Notes under the pieces: generated by a model
Told to the model about the DNA's origin: nothing
Databases searched by the model: none
Seen by the model: only the letters and a program-made list of their open reading frames with translations
Part shown: positions 63,187 through 64,000 of the stretch, piece by piece
Layout of the letters: each line of letters opens with the position of its first letter
Position numbering within the stretch: position 1 is the first letter of the stretch
NCBI GenBank assembly: GCA_045591115.1
Contig: JAZNSH010000034.1
Location: forward strand, 20,779 to 84,778
Origin: Clostridia bacterium
GTDB lineage: Bacteria > Bacillota > Clostridia > Christensenellales > QALW01
Reading direction: 5' to 3'
DNA length: 64,000 nucleotides
Made by a program: the position numbers and the translations under genes

Positions 63187-63672
63187 TTAAACTTTATTAG
63201 ATAATTTGTTTTTTACATATTCATATATTTCAGGGGCAACCATTTTTTTTATATCGCCACCTAATAAACCAATTTCTTTAACAATGCTTGAAGATAAAAA
63301 GCTGTGTTCGGGGCTTGCCATCAAAAAGACTGACTCAAAATTCTCATCAAGCATCTGGTTGAAAGTTGTCCATTGAAGCTCGTACTCAAAATCAGTAACC
63401 GCACGTAAGCCTCTGACCGCAACCGTAGCACCGATTTTTTTCATATAATCAACCATTAGACTTGTTGAATGATCAACTTCAACATTTTCGATGCCTACAA
63501 TTGATTTTTTTATCATTTCAATTCTTTCTTCAACTGAAAATAAGCATTTTTTCTTGGGATTGTCCATAACGGCAACAACAATTTTATCAGCCATTTTTGA
63601 TGCTCTTTTTATTATATCAAGATGACCAAGAGTAATTGGATCAAAGCTACCCGGATAAACCATTATTTTCAT
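63187..63672 (-). CDS. coaD: Phosphopantetheine adenylyltransferase
   Basis: MVYPGSFDPITLGHLDIIKRA (the T/HxGH motif) and ISSSIVKEI. Confidence 0.93.
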   Translation of the reverse strand: MKIMVYPGSFDPITLGHLDIIKRASKMADKIVVAVMDNPKKKCLFSVEERIEMIKKSIVGIENVEVDHSTSLMVDYMKKIGATVAVRGLRAVTDFEYELQWTTFNQMLDENFESVFLMASPEHSFLSSSIVKEIGLLGGDIKKMVAPEIYEYVKNKLSNKV

Positions 63673-64000
63673 TTGTTGCCTCCTAAAAAGCTAAGGGACC
63701 TGCTACCATACACGCGTTTGTCAAAAACCTTATCATTTTCAATAGAAATATCAGATGAATGCTCTAAAATAAGAATACCGCCATCTTTTAGAATGGGAAG
63801 AGCATATTCTATAATTTCATCATATAAACCATCATTGTACGGTGGATCAGCAAAAATAAAATCAAATTTTTTATTTGCATTTTTTAAGTTTGCGAAAATA
63901 TTTTTAAAGTTACCACATAATACTTCTACATTATCATTTTGCAAAATTGCTGAAATGTTTTCTTTTAGAAGTTTTACGTCCATATCAACAAAGGTTACGT
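63669..64000 (-). CDS. rsmD: 16S rRNA (guanine966-N2)-methyltransferase RsmD; the 5' end lies outside the window
   Basis: FDFIFADPPY motif. The reading frame stays open upstream of the track ATG to the window edge (...VTFVDMDVKLL), so the gene is truncated by the window. Its stop overlaps the coaD start. Confidence 0.85.
   Translation of the reverse strand, partial: VTFVDMDVKLLKENISAILQNDNVEVLCGNFKNIFANLKNANKKFDFIFADPPYNDGLYDEIIEYALPILKDGGILILEHSSDISIENDKVFDKRVYGSRSLSFLGGNK

Noticed and set aside
1-64000. A scan of the whole window for CRISPR arrays, rRNA or tRNA genes, transposases or IS ends, reverse transcriptases, toxin-antitoxin pairs and known defence-system hallmarks.
   Set aside because: I found none by eye. 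There is no periodic repeat-spacer structure and no transposase or RT motifs in any ORF of 60 aa or more. Small elements could be missed without covariance-model or HMM tools.

Overview
The window looks like chromosomal DNA from a low-GC, spore-forming Firmicute, probably a gut Clostridia-type anaerobe. This is inferred from spoIIP, spoVT and ylbJ, Bacillus-like ylb and dprA-topA-trmFO-hslVU synteny, and the AT-rich codon usage. About 60 protein genes are packed tightly, mostly in operons ending in clear rho-independent hairpins. I saw no rRNA, tRNA, CRISPR array, transposase or phage block. The content runs as follows. (1) A MacB-type efflux system with an adaptor fragment, a 944-aa double-FtsX permease and two different ATPases. 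(2) A promoter / 32-codon ORF / terminator unit abutting a SAM-methyltransferase and a GNAT gene. (3) A seven-gene minus-strand operon joining two xylose-isomerase-like TIM-barrel proteins and two Gfo/Idh/MocA oxidoreductases to uxaC-uxuA-uxuB, with a divergent AraC regulator. (4) A housekeeping block: dprA, topA, trmFO, hslVU, a nucleotidyltransferase fusion, rnj, mltG, rnhA. (5) spoIIP, a Xer-like recombinase and spoVT. (6) A variable-looking region in which an extended ECF-type sigma gene and a BlaI / sensor-less BlaR / membrane-protein operon are each bounded by repeated sequences: a duplicated spoVT promoter and 5' end, and a duplicated terminator module. (7) xylAB with an AraC regulator. 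(8) A galK operon that continues into a GT-C-like membrane protein, a DUF1538 membrane protein and a tandem P-II-like protein, with divergent galT. (9) An HTH-fused MurK-like kinase plus murQ. (10) A heterodimeric ABC exporter. (11) nrdR-murI tightly coupled to an FAD oxidoreductase, divergent from a GH78-like hydrolase and a His15-less HPr-like protein. (12) rpmF, yceD, ackA, tmcAL, ylbJ, coaD and rsmD. The three most interesting candidates are the Lgd/Dgp-like oxidation-elimination module wired to glucuronate catabolism, the repeat-bracketed sigma cassette beside spoVT, and the galK-linked DUF1538/P-II putative transporter. All functional calls rest on reading motifs in the supplied translations; no database search was possible.
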